Below, piece after piece: positions 28,505 through 37,360 of a DNA stretch of 64,000 nt. A program made the position numbers and the translations under genes. The notes below the pieces were generated by a model, which made no database searches, had not been told where the DNA came from, and saw nothing but the letters and a program-made list of their open reading frames with translations. The stretch is taken from assembly GCA_964428185.1 (NCBI GenBank), contig CAYRXH010000001.1, positions 13,219 to 77,218 on the forward strand. Direction: 5' to 3'. This stretch comes from an uncultured Bacteroidales bacterium. GTDB taxonomy: Bacteria; Bacteroidota; Bacteroidia; Bacteroidales; DTU049. Every line of letters begins with the position of its first letter. Within the stretch, counting starts at the first letter, position 1.

Positions 28505-29467
28505 ATGCTCAACCGACGTTTGCTGCGCATCAAAATATTTCAGGCTTTATATTCATACTATCAGAGCGATTCTGAGGACATAACCCCGGCACTGAAAAAT
28601 CTTATGAGGTCTTTGGTGAAGATGCACGAATTGTTTGTTCTCAATCTCTCCCTTTTGATGAAAATCTCTGAAATGATTGACGAACGTTTTGAAACTGGAA
28701 AACAGAAGTTTATTAAGACTGGTAAGGATTCTGAACAACTGAAACGCTTATCTCATAATAGTGCAATACAGAACCTATATCAAAATGATTCTCTTGCTTC
28801 ATTCATCAGAGAGTATAAGATTCAGTGGAGCGGTGATGATGATATGGTGAGACGAATTGCCAGATCTATTGAAGAAAGTTCTGAATATCAGGAATTCAGA
28901 AGTACTACTGATCAAGAAGGTGATCTGCAGTTTCTTAAGACTCTATACAAGAATCATGTGTATGGAGATGAACTCCTGAGTTCAAGACTGGAAGATATGA
29001 ATATTCACTGGGGACAGGATCAGTATTACATAGGCATTATTTTAATGTCTAATCTGAAGAGGGATTCGTTTTTCAGCGATCCTGCACTCAAAGTGCCTGA
29101 TGTCTTCAAACCAATTGAGTTTGAAGAAGCTGAAAGTGATGAAGATTTTGTAAAACAACTTTTCCGTGAAACCATTCTGAAGGCAAAAGACAGTGAACAG
29201 GTCATTCATCAGTATCTTGAAAACTGGGATACTGAGAGAATTGCTCTAAGTGATATCATTATTATGAGGATGGCATGCGCCGAAATACTTACTTTTGATC
29301 AGATTCCTATAAAAGTTTCACTGAACGAATATATTGATATGTCAAAGACTTTTTCAACGCCAAAAAGCAAAATTTTTGTCAATGGAGTCTTAGACAAGGT
29401 AATATCTCATTATAACAGGGAAGGAAAGATTGAGAAAACAGGAAGAGGTTTGCGGGAAAATTCGTAA
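28505..29467 (+). CDS. nusB: transcription antitermination factor NusB (long Bacteroidota form)
   Basis: N-terminal RRLLRIKIFQALYSY and C-terminal FVNGVLDKV NusB signatures. Confidence 0.8.
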   Translation: MLNRRLLRIKIFQALYSYYQSDSEDITPALKNLMRSLVKMHELFVLNLSLLMKISEMIDERFETGKQKFIKTGKDSEQLKRLSHNSAIQNLYQNDSLASFIREYKIQWSGDDDMVRRIARSIEESSEYQEFRSTTDQEGDLQFLKTLYKNHVYGDELLSSRLEDMNIHWGQDQYYIGIILMSNLKRDSFFSDPALKVPDVFKPIEFEEAESDEDFVKQLFRETILKAKDSEQVIHQYLENWDTERIALSDIIIMRMACAEILTFDQIPIKVSLNEYIDMSKTFSTPKSKIFVNGVLDKVISHYNREGKIEKTGRGLRENS

Positions 29468-29501
29468 ATTTGCAATCTGTTAAGCTATAAACTTTTAGAA
29501 A

Positions 29502-29957
29502 ATGAAATACTATGTTTTATTTATACTTCTGCCGGTAACTTTGATTCTTGGATCATGCAATTCAGACAAGCAGAATGAGCAACTTCCCGGAGAAATTGTG
29601 AATAATCCTCTGAGTGCTGAAAATCCGAGTGATCCTTCGAAAATGCCCTTCATCAGTTTTGAGAAAACAGTATATGATTTCGGACGTATTTATGAAGGTG
29701 AACGGGTGAAATGTACGTTTAAATTTAAAAATACTGGTCAGAGTGATCTGATCATTACAAGTGCAAAAGGATCATGTGGTTGTACTGTTCCCGAATACCC
29801 TGAGACACCTATTAAACCAGGTGAAGGCGGTTCAATTTCTGTTGAATTTAACAGCAGTGGACGAAAGGGACAACAAAATAAGGCCATAACAGTTACGACC
29901 AATGCTCAGCCACCTACTGTCGTTTTATCAGTCAAAGCAATGGTGGTGGAACCTTAA
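29502..29957 (+). CDS. DUF1573-family lipoprotein
   Basis: Lipobox LILGSC. Shows the DUF1573 pattern DFGRIYEGERVKCTFKFKNTG...SCGCTVPEYP. A TAAATTTG -7 box lies at 29465-29472. Confidence 0.75.
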   Translation: MKYYVLFILLPVTLILGSCNSDKQNEQLPGEIVNNPLSAENPSDPSKMPFISFEKTVYDFGRIYEGERVKCTFKFKNTGQSDLIITSAKGSCGCTVPEYPETPIKPGEGGSISVEFNSSGRKGQQNKAITVTTNAQPPTVVLSVKAMVVEP

Positions 29958-29985
29958 TTTTCAATTTTTAATACCATAGAATATC

Positions 29986-30315
29986 ATGATGAATCAGATT
30001 CTTTACATTTTAATGGCTCCTTCAAATGATGGTGGAGGTAGCGGCGCATCAACATTTATAATGATGCTTTTACTCATTGTTGTTTTTTGGCTGTTTTTTA
30101 TCAGACCACAGATGAAAAAAAATAAAGAACTTCAGAAGTTCAGAAAAAACCTTGATAAAGGCCAGAAAATTATCACCATTGGTGGGATCCATGGAAAAAT
30201 TATTGAAATGGGTGAGACTACTGTTACAATTGAAACAGAAGGTCAGGGGAGACTTAAAGTTGAAAAATCTGCCATTGCTGCAGAGTTTAACCCTGAGCAG
30301 ATGCAGCAGAAATAA
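29986..30315 (+). CDS. yajC: preprotein translocase subunit YajC
   Basis: 109 aa with a single TM followed by FFIRPQMKKNKE...GQKIITIGGIHGKI. Confidence 0.85.
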   Translation: MMNQILYILMAPSNDGGGSGASTFIMMLLLIVVFWLFFIRPQMKKNKELQKFRKNLDKGQKIITIGGIHGKIIEMGETTVTIETEGQGRLKVEKSAIAAEFNPEQMQQK

Positions 30316-30339
30316 TTTAATTCTTGCCACCAAATATTG

Positions 30340-30374
30340 AACTACCTGCATTTTGCATGTAGTTCTTTTTTTTT
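30340..30374 (+). terminator. rho-independent terminator after yajC
   Basis: Stem of 10 bp with one mismatch (AACTACCTGCA/TGCATGTAGTT) followed by a T9 run. Confidence 0.6.
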
Positions 30375-30425
30375 ATAATGAAGTCCATCGCAATCTGCGT
30401 TTTTTTTGCTCACCAACACTTCGAT

Positions 30426-30500
30426 ACTTTGTGCCATGACTTTGTGCTACATAGTGACCCAACTTTGAGAACTTTGTGACATTTCTTTGATGACTTTGTG
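30426..30500 (+). repeat. five copies of ACTTTG(T/A)G within 75 bp
   Basis: Copies at 30426, 30439, 30462, 30471 and 30493. Part of a repeat-rich intergenic block between convergent genes. Confidence 0.7.
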
Positions 30501-30638
30501 GTTAAGAGATAAATTAAGTAAAAACGCTCAACTCCATTTAGGCATGGAGAGAATTAATTTTCCCAATCACAGATCACTAATTACCAGTCACATGCAATCT
30601 TATCATATAGTAAAGCCTTTGGCTAAATCTTCCAATCC

Positions 30639-31667
30639 CTAATATTTTTTTCTATTTGCAAAAGTAACCAGTGAAAGCATTACAGGAACCTCAACGAGAA
30701 CGCCGACAACAGTGACAAGTGCTGCGGGAGATTCAAGACCGAAGAGGGAAATTGCCACTACAACAGCAAGTTCAAAAAAATTGCTGGCCCCGATGAGTGA
30801 AGCAGGCGCACACACAGTGAATGGTAATTTGATTTTTTTCCCTACAAACTAGGTGATAAAGAAAATAAAATAAGTTTGCAGTACAAGCGGAACAGCAGCC
30901 AGAAGGATGATCAAAGGATTATTGATAATATTTGTGCCCTGAAATGCAAACAGCAAAATCAGAGTTAACAAATGCGCAATAATGCTAAGCGGTTTGAATT
31001 TTGGCAGAAAAGTTTTTTTAAACCATTTCTCTCCTTTGCTTCTTATCATAGCCCGATTGGTGACATATCCTGTCAGCAGTGGAATAACCACAAAAATTAC
31101 AACACTAGCCACAAGGGTATCGTAAGGTATTGAAATGTCGGTAAATCCCAAAAGTAATCCAACAATCGGAACAAATGCCACAAGAATGATCAGGTCATTG
31201 ACAGAAACCTGAACAAGTGTGTAATTTGGGTCTCCGTTTGTAAGGTATGACCAAACAAAAACCATTGCTGTACATGGTGCTGCACCCAGAATTATTGCTC
31301 AGGCAATATATTCTCCGGCCATCTGCTGATCAATCCATGCCGCATAGAGTTTGGAAAAGAATATCCATGCAAAGAATGCCATGGTGAAGGGTTTTACAAG
31401 CCAGTTGATAATGACAGTGAGAATAACACCCTTTGGCTTCTTTCCTACATTTCTGATGCTTGTAAAATTAATCTGAAGCATCATGGGAAAAATCATCAGC
31501 CAGATGAAATTGGACACAGGGTTATTGATACGGGCAATCTCCAGATCACTGAGTTAATGCATTGACGATCCTGCAAAATGGCCGATGGCGATCCCGATAA
31601 TAATACATGCAGCAACCCACAGACTGAGGTACTTTTCGAAAAATCCGATTTTTTTCTCCTGACTCAT
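30639..31667 (-). pseudogene. acr3: ACR3-family arsenite efflux transporter interrupted by three in-frame stop codons
   Basis: A single 343-codon frame reads MSQEKKIGFFEKYLSLWV...[19 protein letters not shown]...VLVEVPVML. It has an in-frame TAA at 31554-31556, TGA at 31299-31301 and TAG at 30849-30851, and no frameshift. Confidence 0.8.
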
Positions 31668-31683
31668 AGGATGAACAATTTTT

Positions 31684-32100
31684 TTATATCAAATGTGACT
31701 GATAGAATTCAAAAAAATAATTTCTTATCTGGTCGCGGACATTTCGAAAAACAGCAAGAATTTCGTTGTCTGTTCCCGCAGCTTCGGCAGGATCAATAAA
31801 TCCAATATGAAGTCTCTTTTTGACTTTTCCGGTAAACATAGGACAAGATTCCTGAGCTCCTCCGCATACCGTAATTACATAATCAAATTCCTGATCAAGA
31901 AACTGTTGAACTGATTTTGGAATATGAGCAGAAATATCAATATTCACTTCTTTCATCACCTGAATGGCTTTGGGATGAACCTTTTCAGAGGGGTTAGTGC
32001 CTGCTGAAACGATTTCTGCTTCGGGAGCAAAAAAACGGAGAAAGCCTTCTGCCATCTGGCTTCGGCATGAATTTCCGGTGCATAAGATGAGTATTTTCAT
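31684..32100 (-). CDS. arsC: arsenate reductase (LMW-PTP/thioredoxin-coupled type)
   Basis: MKILILCTGNSCRSQMAEG P-loop, 138 aa. Confidence 0.85.
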   Translation of the reverse strand: MKILILCTGNSCRSQMAEGFLRFFAPEAEIVSAGTNPSEKVHPKAIQVMKEVNIDISAHIPKSVQQFLDQEFDYVITVCGGAQESCPMFTGKVKKRLHIGFIDPAEAAGTDNEILAVFRNVRDQIRNYFFEFYQSHLI

Positions 32101-32104
32101 TGGA

Positions 32105-32524
32105 CTATTTCTTTAAGTTTCTTTGTTTAAGCTGACAAACGCAGGAACCCGAAAATGCCTGATGTTTGTCGGTGAGCACTGGAAGTTCTGAGCGTTCCCA
32201 GGCCAAAAAGCCTCCTGAAAGCACCCAGACATCCTGAAACCCTTCATTGATCAGCTTTTGGCAATATTCAGGCGCCATGTTTCCTGAAACGTCGGATATA
32301 ATAACTGTCTGATCATTAGGTATTTCATGTCGTCTCTCTGATTCTTCAGACAATGGAATTAAAAGAAAAAAAGGTACATCAAATCGTTTATAATCTGTGT
32401 TGTATTTTTCTCTTATGTCAAGCATTATTGCCCCTGATAAGCATTTTTTTAATGCATCTGCAGGTGATAAGCCCCTGTGATTTTTATTCAATAAATTACC
32501 TCTTTCTGACCCAATGCAACTCAT
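32105..32524 (-). CDS. rhodanese-homology domain protein lacking the catalytic cysteine
   Basis: Rhodanese-like layout (...VIISDVSGNMAPEYCQKLINEGFQDVWVLSGGFLAWE) with Asp at the position where the active-site Cys is expected. Confidence 0.5.
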   Translation of the reverse strand: MSCIGSERGNLLNKNHRGLSPADALKKCLSGAIMLDIREKYNTDYKRFDVPFFLLIPLSEESERRHEIPNDQTVIISDVSGNMAPEYCQKLINEGFQDVWVLSGGFLAWERSELPVLTDKHQAFSGSCVCQLKQRNLKK

Positions 32525-32537
32525 AAACTATCAACTT

Positions 32538-33614
32538 TCATTTTGCATATAACTTATAACCTCTAAAAAAACTTCCATAAATTAATCCTGCCATTGTAGC
32601 CATCACAATGACCAGGCTAACATAAACTATTGTTTTCTGTGTTCCAGTAACACCCCTGATGACAAGCATATTGGGTAATGAAAGCAAAGGACATTCACGG
32701 TTGTCAGGGTCTTTTTTTTCATAAAATGTAATGATGCTTAGTGCAACAATTCCAACCATCACAAGGACAAGAGGACTGAGCTTTGCATTGTCAATGTATA
32801 GACTTGATAGCACTATAGTAACTGCAGTGGTTAATATTGCGAGCATGACTTTCCTCCATCTGATCTTTAGGATTTTTATAAGTGAATAAATAAGGAACAA
32901 CGAAAAGAATCCGGTGATATGCCATTTATATGAAAAGATGTAAAACCATGTGCTTGAAGTGTCGCCCTCAGCCGGACTACCCCAGTTTGCAAAGACCAGA
33001 ATCAATACAAGAGCGAAAAAATGAAAGGATGTTTGCCACATGGGTTTTTTCTCAGGCATGATAGGGAAGTTCATTTGTTCTTCTCGTTTGGACTGTTCTT
33101 CTCTTCTGTAAATCAGTGAAATAATAATGCCTATCAAAACAGCAAAACTGACAGCACCGATGATTCGGGTAACGCCTATTTCAAATCCCAGTATTCCGAA
33201 AGTAAGAATGATTGCAAGAATATTGATTGTTGGGCCGGAGTAAAGAAAGGCAAGAGCCGGACCTAAACCCGCTCCACGCTTGTGAATACTCGAAAACAAC
33301 GGAAGAATAGTGCAACTGCAAACAGCCAGAATTGTCCCTGAAACAGCTGCAACTGAAGAGGCAACCCACTTTTTTGCATTTGCACCGAAATATCTGAGAA
33401 CAGATCCATGGCTCACAAATACTGCAATCACTCCGGCGATGAAAAATGCTGGCAACAGACATAATATGGCATGTTCACGGGCATACCATTTGACAAAACC
33501 CAAAATTGCTGAAATTGCTGTGTTGAATTTTACACTCTCAAGTGGCAGATAAAATGCAGCAATAAATATTGTTGTAATCCACAGTAAGTATTTAAACTCT
33601 TTTTTTGTATCCAA
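32538..33614 (-). CDS. ArsP/DUF318-family permease
   Basis: Polytopic membrane protein with the vicinal Cys motif AVCSCTILPLF and the segment GLGPALAFLYSGPTINILAI. Confidence 0.6.
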   Translation of the reverse strand: MDTKKEFKYLLWITTIFIAAFYLPLESVKFNTAISAILGFVKWYAREHAILCLLPAFFIAGVIAVFVSHGSVLRYFGANAKKWVASSVAAVSGTILAVCSCTILPLFSSIHKRGAGLGPALAFLYSGPTINILAIILTFGILGFEIGVTRIIGAVSFAVLIGIIISLIYRREEQSKREEQMNFPIMPEKKPMWQTSFHFFALVLILVFANWGSPAEGDTSSTWFYIFSYKWHITGFFSLFLIYSLIKILKIRWRKVMLAILTTAVTIVLSSLYIDNAKLSPLVLVMVGIVALSIITFYEKKDPDNRECPLLSLPNMLVIRGVTGTQKTIVYVSLVIVMATMAGLIYGSFFRGYKLYAK

Positions 33615-33632
33615 GTGCTAGTTTGTTTTTCT

Positions 33633-34058
33633 TTAAGAATTCGTCAGATATGAATTGATAATTTCACGCATTTTAATTCTGAGTTGCTCCGGATCTGACA
33701 TCACAACCTGCAAGGCAAGTTTGGTGAGATCAGTACTTTCATTGCCCGAGGTGATAAGTAGGCTTGTCTGTCTTATGGAATACTTGCTGGAAATATCATG
33801 GTTTTCATCATTCTCATAGTCCACAGAAAAATATTTGACATCTTTCCCGGTATATTCTGTATTAATAAATTCTGTGACAACTTCTTCAACTGTCAGGCAT
33901 TGAGGGCAACGCCTTGTCCGGTGAAAGTAAAATACTTCAACCTTTGATTGACCATAGGTGACTTCATTGCTGTCTGCATTTTTGTCTCCCGTTGGGTTGC
34001 ATGCCTGAAAAAAGACAAAAATGTTCAGAATGAGAATTATTGAGATCAGTCGTTTCAT
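33633..34058 (-). CDS. thioredoxin-like lipoprotein (CxxC)
   Basis: Lipobox FFQAC, CPQC redox motif, 141 aa, located within the ars locus. Confidence 0.5.
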   Translation of the reverse strand: MKRLISIILILNIFVFFQACNPTGDKNADSNEVTYGQSKVEVFYFHRTRRCPQCLTVEEVVTEFINTEYTGKDVKYFSVDYENDENHDISSKYSIRQTSLLITSGNESTDLTKLALQVVMSDPEQLRIKMREIINSYLTNS

Positions 34059-34370
34059 AGTATTGAGCTTTTTTGAAATATTTCTGAAAAAAGTTTTTTC
34101 ACATTGTCAAAGTTTTCACGGTTAAGATAATATTTGATATATGGAGGCTCAATTTCACCCTGAATCAAACCTGCATTTTTAAGTTCCTTCAGATGTTGGG
34201 ATAAAGTGGATCTGCCTATTGAAAGTTCATCAACCAGATTTCCATTGTAACAACAGGCATTAAGCATGTGACAACTTATGGACGATATATACACGAACGG
34301 GATGACTTAAGGATTTGGCAAACAAAGCCAACTGAATATATTCAGGGTTAAATTCAGCTTTTTTGCTCAT
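34055..34370 (-). pseudogene. arsR: ArsR-family repressor with an apparent frameshift
   Basis: ATG 34370 opens MSKKAEFNPEYIQLALFAKSLSHPVRVYIVHKLS and then hits a TAA at 34260-34262. The rest (NACCYNGNLVDELSIGRSTLSQHLKELKNAGLIQGE...) is in another frame (ORF 34055-34294). The total of 316 nt is not a multiple of 3. Confidence 0.65.
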
Positions 34371-34479
34371 GATATCATTTTTTTATATTTCGCAAAGTAA
34401 CGAAATGTTTTTCAGATGAGCAAAATTATGTGTATGATTCAGCTTCCGGGAAGGACAGATAATTGTCAGAAGCAAGCAA

Positions 34480-37287
34480 TTATGATGGTTGGCTCAGATA
34501 CTTTTCAAAAATTGTTCTCAGTTTTTTTAGGCTGATTGGTTTGGCAAGAAACTCATCACAGCCGGCATCTCTTGCTCGTTGTTCATCCTCAGCTAGGGTA
34601 TAAGCAGTTTGCACAATAATAAAACTCTCAGGTGAAATGTCTTTGATAACCCTGGTTGCATCAATTCCTGATCCGTCTTCAAGTCTCACATCCATAAGAA
34701 TAATGTTAAACTTGTTAATCCGGCTCAGTTCAATTGCCTCAGATGCTTTTGAAGTAACGGTAATGTTCGCATTAAATTCAGCAAGTGCATTTTGCAGAAA
34801 CAGCACATTCAGTTCTTCATCATCAACAATCAAAATATTCAATGTGTCTGAGTGCTTGAGATTGATGTGGCTTCTATTGTCCGCAGAGCCGGAAACGGAT
34901 ACAGAATGATACAATGGAAAATAAAAATAAAACTTTGATCCCTTTCCTGGACTGGATTCCAGACCAACTTTTCCTCCAAGCATTTCAACATAGGCTTTCA
35001 TTATTGAAAGTCCGAGGCCTGACCCTTTTATTTCATGGGCACGCTTGTTTTCGCAGCGGTAGAATCTTTCAAAAACAAGTTCATGTTCAGAGGGATCAAT
35101 ACCAATCCCTGTGTCTGAAACTGAAAAAACAAGCAGTTCAGAACTCAGTTGATGGCAATCAACAAGAATGTGGCCTACATCAGTATATTTAAAGGCGTTG
35201 TTGATGAGGTTGATAAATATTTGTTCGAACTTTACCCGGTCAGTGTAAACTTTGATATTGCCGGATGGTTCAGGGACATTAAAGATTATTTTAATGTTTT
35301 TTTCATCAGGAATCTGATTGCTGTATATGGTATTCAGATGACTAAAAAAATCACTGATGTGTAATTCTTCATAACGTAAAGTCATCTGACCTGTTTCAAT
35401 AAGGGAGATTTCAATGATGTCATTGATGATTGTCAGGAGTTGATCTGTGCTTTGCTGAATGATTGTAGCAAATCTGGTGATATCTTTTCTACTGTATTCA
35501 GACTGGCTCAGAAGTGATGCAAATCCTGCAATTGAATTCATGGGAGTCCTGATTTCATGTGATAGATTGGCCAGAAATGATGATTTTAATCTGTTGCTTT
35601 CTTCTGCTTTTTCCTTAGCAGCTCTCAGATCTTCATTTGTTTTCTGTATCTGGATTTCAGCTTCCTTAAGTTCAGTAACATCGGTCATTGTGCCCACATA
35701 ACCGTTAAACTGATTTCCCATGAAATCGGGTACCGCATATCCCAATACCCAGACCAGAGACCCATCAGGCCTGACAATCCTGTATTCAGCCCTTGAAGGT
35801 ACACGTTGTTTTACCCGTTCTTTCCACTCACTGATAATTTTTTCTCTATCATCTGGGTGAATAATTTTCAGCCAGCCCGAACCAATTGCCTGCTCGGCGC
35901 TTAAAGAAGTCATTTTTGTCCATGCCGGATTCACAAAAATTGTGTCACCTGCTGTGTCAGTCCTGAAAATTCCCACCGGCGAATTCATTGCCATATTGTG
36001 GAATAATGCTGTCGCTTTTTCGGCTTCCTTCTCAATCCTTTTTTTGTCATCAATATCTCTTGCAAAAGCCAGAATTCTTATGCTTTCACCAATATGTGCC
36101 TTGTTGAGAGTCATTTCTATCCAGAAGACACTGCCGTCTTTTCGTTTTCCTCTCCACTCAAATGTAACCTGTCCTTTTTGACGGGCTTCAGCAAGTTTTT
36201 TCCGAACAAGATCGGGAGTAAAACCTCCTTCAATATCAAATATCTTATCTGGCGGGAGAGACCCTATAATCTCTTTTGAATCATATCCAAACATATCAAG
36301 AATAGTCTGATTCATATCAAGTATTTCACCAGTATCATAATCGTGAATAAAAATGCCGTCTCTTGAAGCATTGAAAATTTCCCTGTAATTCTTCTCCTCA
36401 ATTTCAAGATGTTCAGATGTTTCTTTGAGTTCAGCTATTTTTGCCTTGATTTTTCGTCTGAGGACAATCACATGGAATATTATCAGCAGTAGCGAAGTTA
36501 GAATAATAATAAGAAACAGGATAAATGAGTAAGGAAGTCGAAAATCTTCAGGTGAAGCCAGCCAGGTATTCAGTGATTCATAGTAAACTGAACCGGGTGT
36601 GTTTTTCATATCACAAAGGTGCCTGTCGATAATATTCAAAAGCTCCTGATTTTCCCCCTTCTTTGTTGCAAAGAACAAATCTCTCGTCTGAAAGACCAGT
36701 GCTGTTGGCACAATTTTGTCTTTTCTCAGATCTGAAAAATAGAAAAACCGACTTGCCAGAATGGCATCAATGCTTTCATCCTTTAGTGCATTGACAGATT
36801 CTTCATAGGTTTCAAATATAACAGGATTGATATTGACCGTATATGAAGCAGGAAACTCATGCAAAAGATACTTATGCTGAACAGATCCTTTTAAAACACC
36901 AATATCTTTGTTATCAAGATCGTTTATCTCCCGAATGATCTTGTCTTCTTTGCAGAATATTTGAATCCATGACTGAATAACCGGAATTTTGTTGAATGAA
37001 TACAGTGAGTCTCTCTCAGTGTTAAATGCCATAACGGGCAGCAGCTCAATATCTCCTTCTGAAAGATTGATCAGGTGATTGGACCAGCTGTCTTCAATAT
37101 ATTGAATCTCAATTTTCTCTATCCTTGCAATTTCATTGAGAATATCAATAAAAATCCCCTGTGGATTTCCTTTTGTATCAGTAAATACTTTTGGAGGGTT
37201 TTGATATACTCCTACTTTTACATGCTGTCCTTTCATGGAAATCTGCATGGAAAAGAGAATGATCATTAAGAGAAAGGATTTTCTCAT
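34480..37287 (-). CDS. hybrid sensor histidine kinase/response regulator with a periplasmic solute-binding-like domain and PAS domains
   Basis: Signal and SBP-like N-domain, TM segment, two PAS-like regions, H-box LANLSHEIRTPMN, ATPase boxes (DTGIGI, GSGLGLSI) and a C-terminal receiver (ILIVDDE...LMDVRLEDGSG). Confidence 0.85.
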   Translation of the reverse strand: MRKSFLLMIILFSMQISMKGQHVKVGVYQNPPKVFTDTKGNPQGIFIDILNEIARIEKIEIQYIEDSWSNHLINLSEGDIELLPVMAFNTERDSLYSFNKIPVIQSWIQIFCKEDKIIREINDLDNKDIGVLKGSVQHKYLLHEFPASYTVNINPVIFETYEESVNALKDESIDAILASRFFYFSDLRKDKIVPTALVFQTRDLFFATKKGENQELLNIIDRHLCDMKNTPGSVYYESLNTWLASPEDFRLPYSFILFLIIILTSLLLIIFHVIVLRRKIKAKIAELKETSEHLEIEEKNYREIFNASRDGIFIHDYDTGEILDMNQTILDMFGYDSKEIIGSLPPDKIFDIEGGFTPDLVRKKLAEARQKGQVTFEWRGKRKDGSVFWIEMTLNKAHIGESIRILAFARDIDDKKRIEKEAEKATALFHNMAMNSPVGIFRTDTAGDTIFVNPAWTKMTSLSAEQAIGSGWLKIIHPDDREKIISEWKERVKQRVPSRAEYRIVRPDGSLVWVLGYAVPDFMGNQFNGYVGTMTDVTELKEAEIQIQKTNEDLRAAKEKAEESNRLKSSFLANLSHEIRTPMNSIAGFASLLSQSEYSRKDITRFATIIQQSTDQLLTIINDIIEISLIETGQMTLRYEELHISDFFSHLNTIYSNQIPDEKNIKIIFNVPEPSGNIKVYTDRVKFEQIFINLINNAFKYTDVGHILVDCHQLSSELLVFSVSDTGIGIDPSEHELVFERFYRCENKRAHEIKGSGLGLSIMKAYVEMLGGKVGLESSPGKGSKFYFYFPLYHSVSVSGSADNRSHINLKHSDTLNILIVDDEELNVLFLQNALAEFNANITVTSKASEAIELSRINKFNIILMDVRLEDGSGIDATRVIKDISPESFIIVQTAYTLAEDEQRARDAGCDEFLAKPISLKKLRTIFEKYLSQPS

Positions 37288-37360
37288 AAGGGCAAAGAAT
37301 TGGATGCAAAATTAAATAAATTATTCAAATTCAATGAATTGAATAGATTTCTTAGAGGGT

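Noticed and set aside
30426-30500. The clustered ACTTTGTG repeats as a possible CRISPR array.
   Set aside because: The units are only 8 nt long with 5-15-nt irregular spacing. There are no 25-40-nt repeat/spacer units and no cas genes in the window.
30639-31667. Possibility that the three in-frame stops in ACR3 are recoded (selenocysteine, pyrrolysine or a reassigned genetic code).
   Set aside because: All three stop types are affected at once. Every other gene in the window terminates normally on TAA, TAG or TGA. No SECIS-like hairpin was seen next to the TGA.
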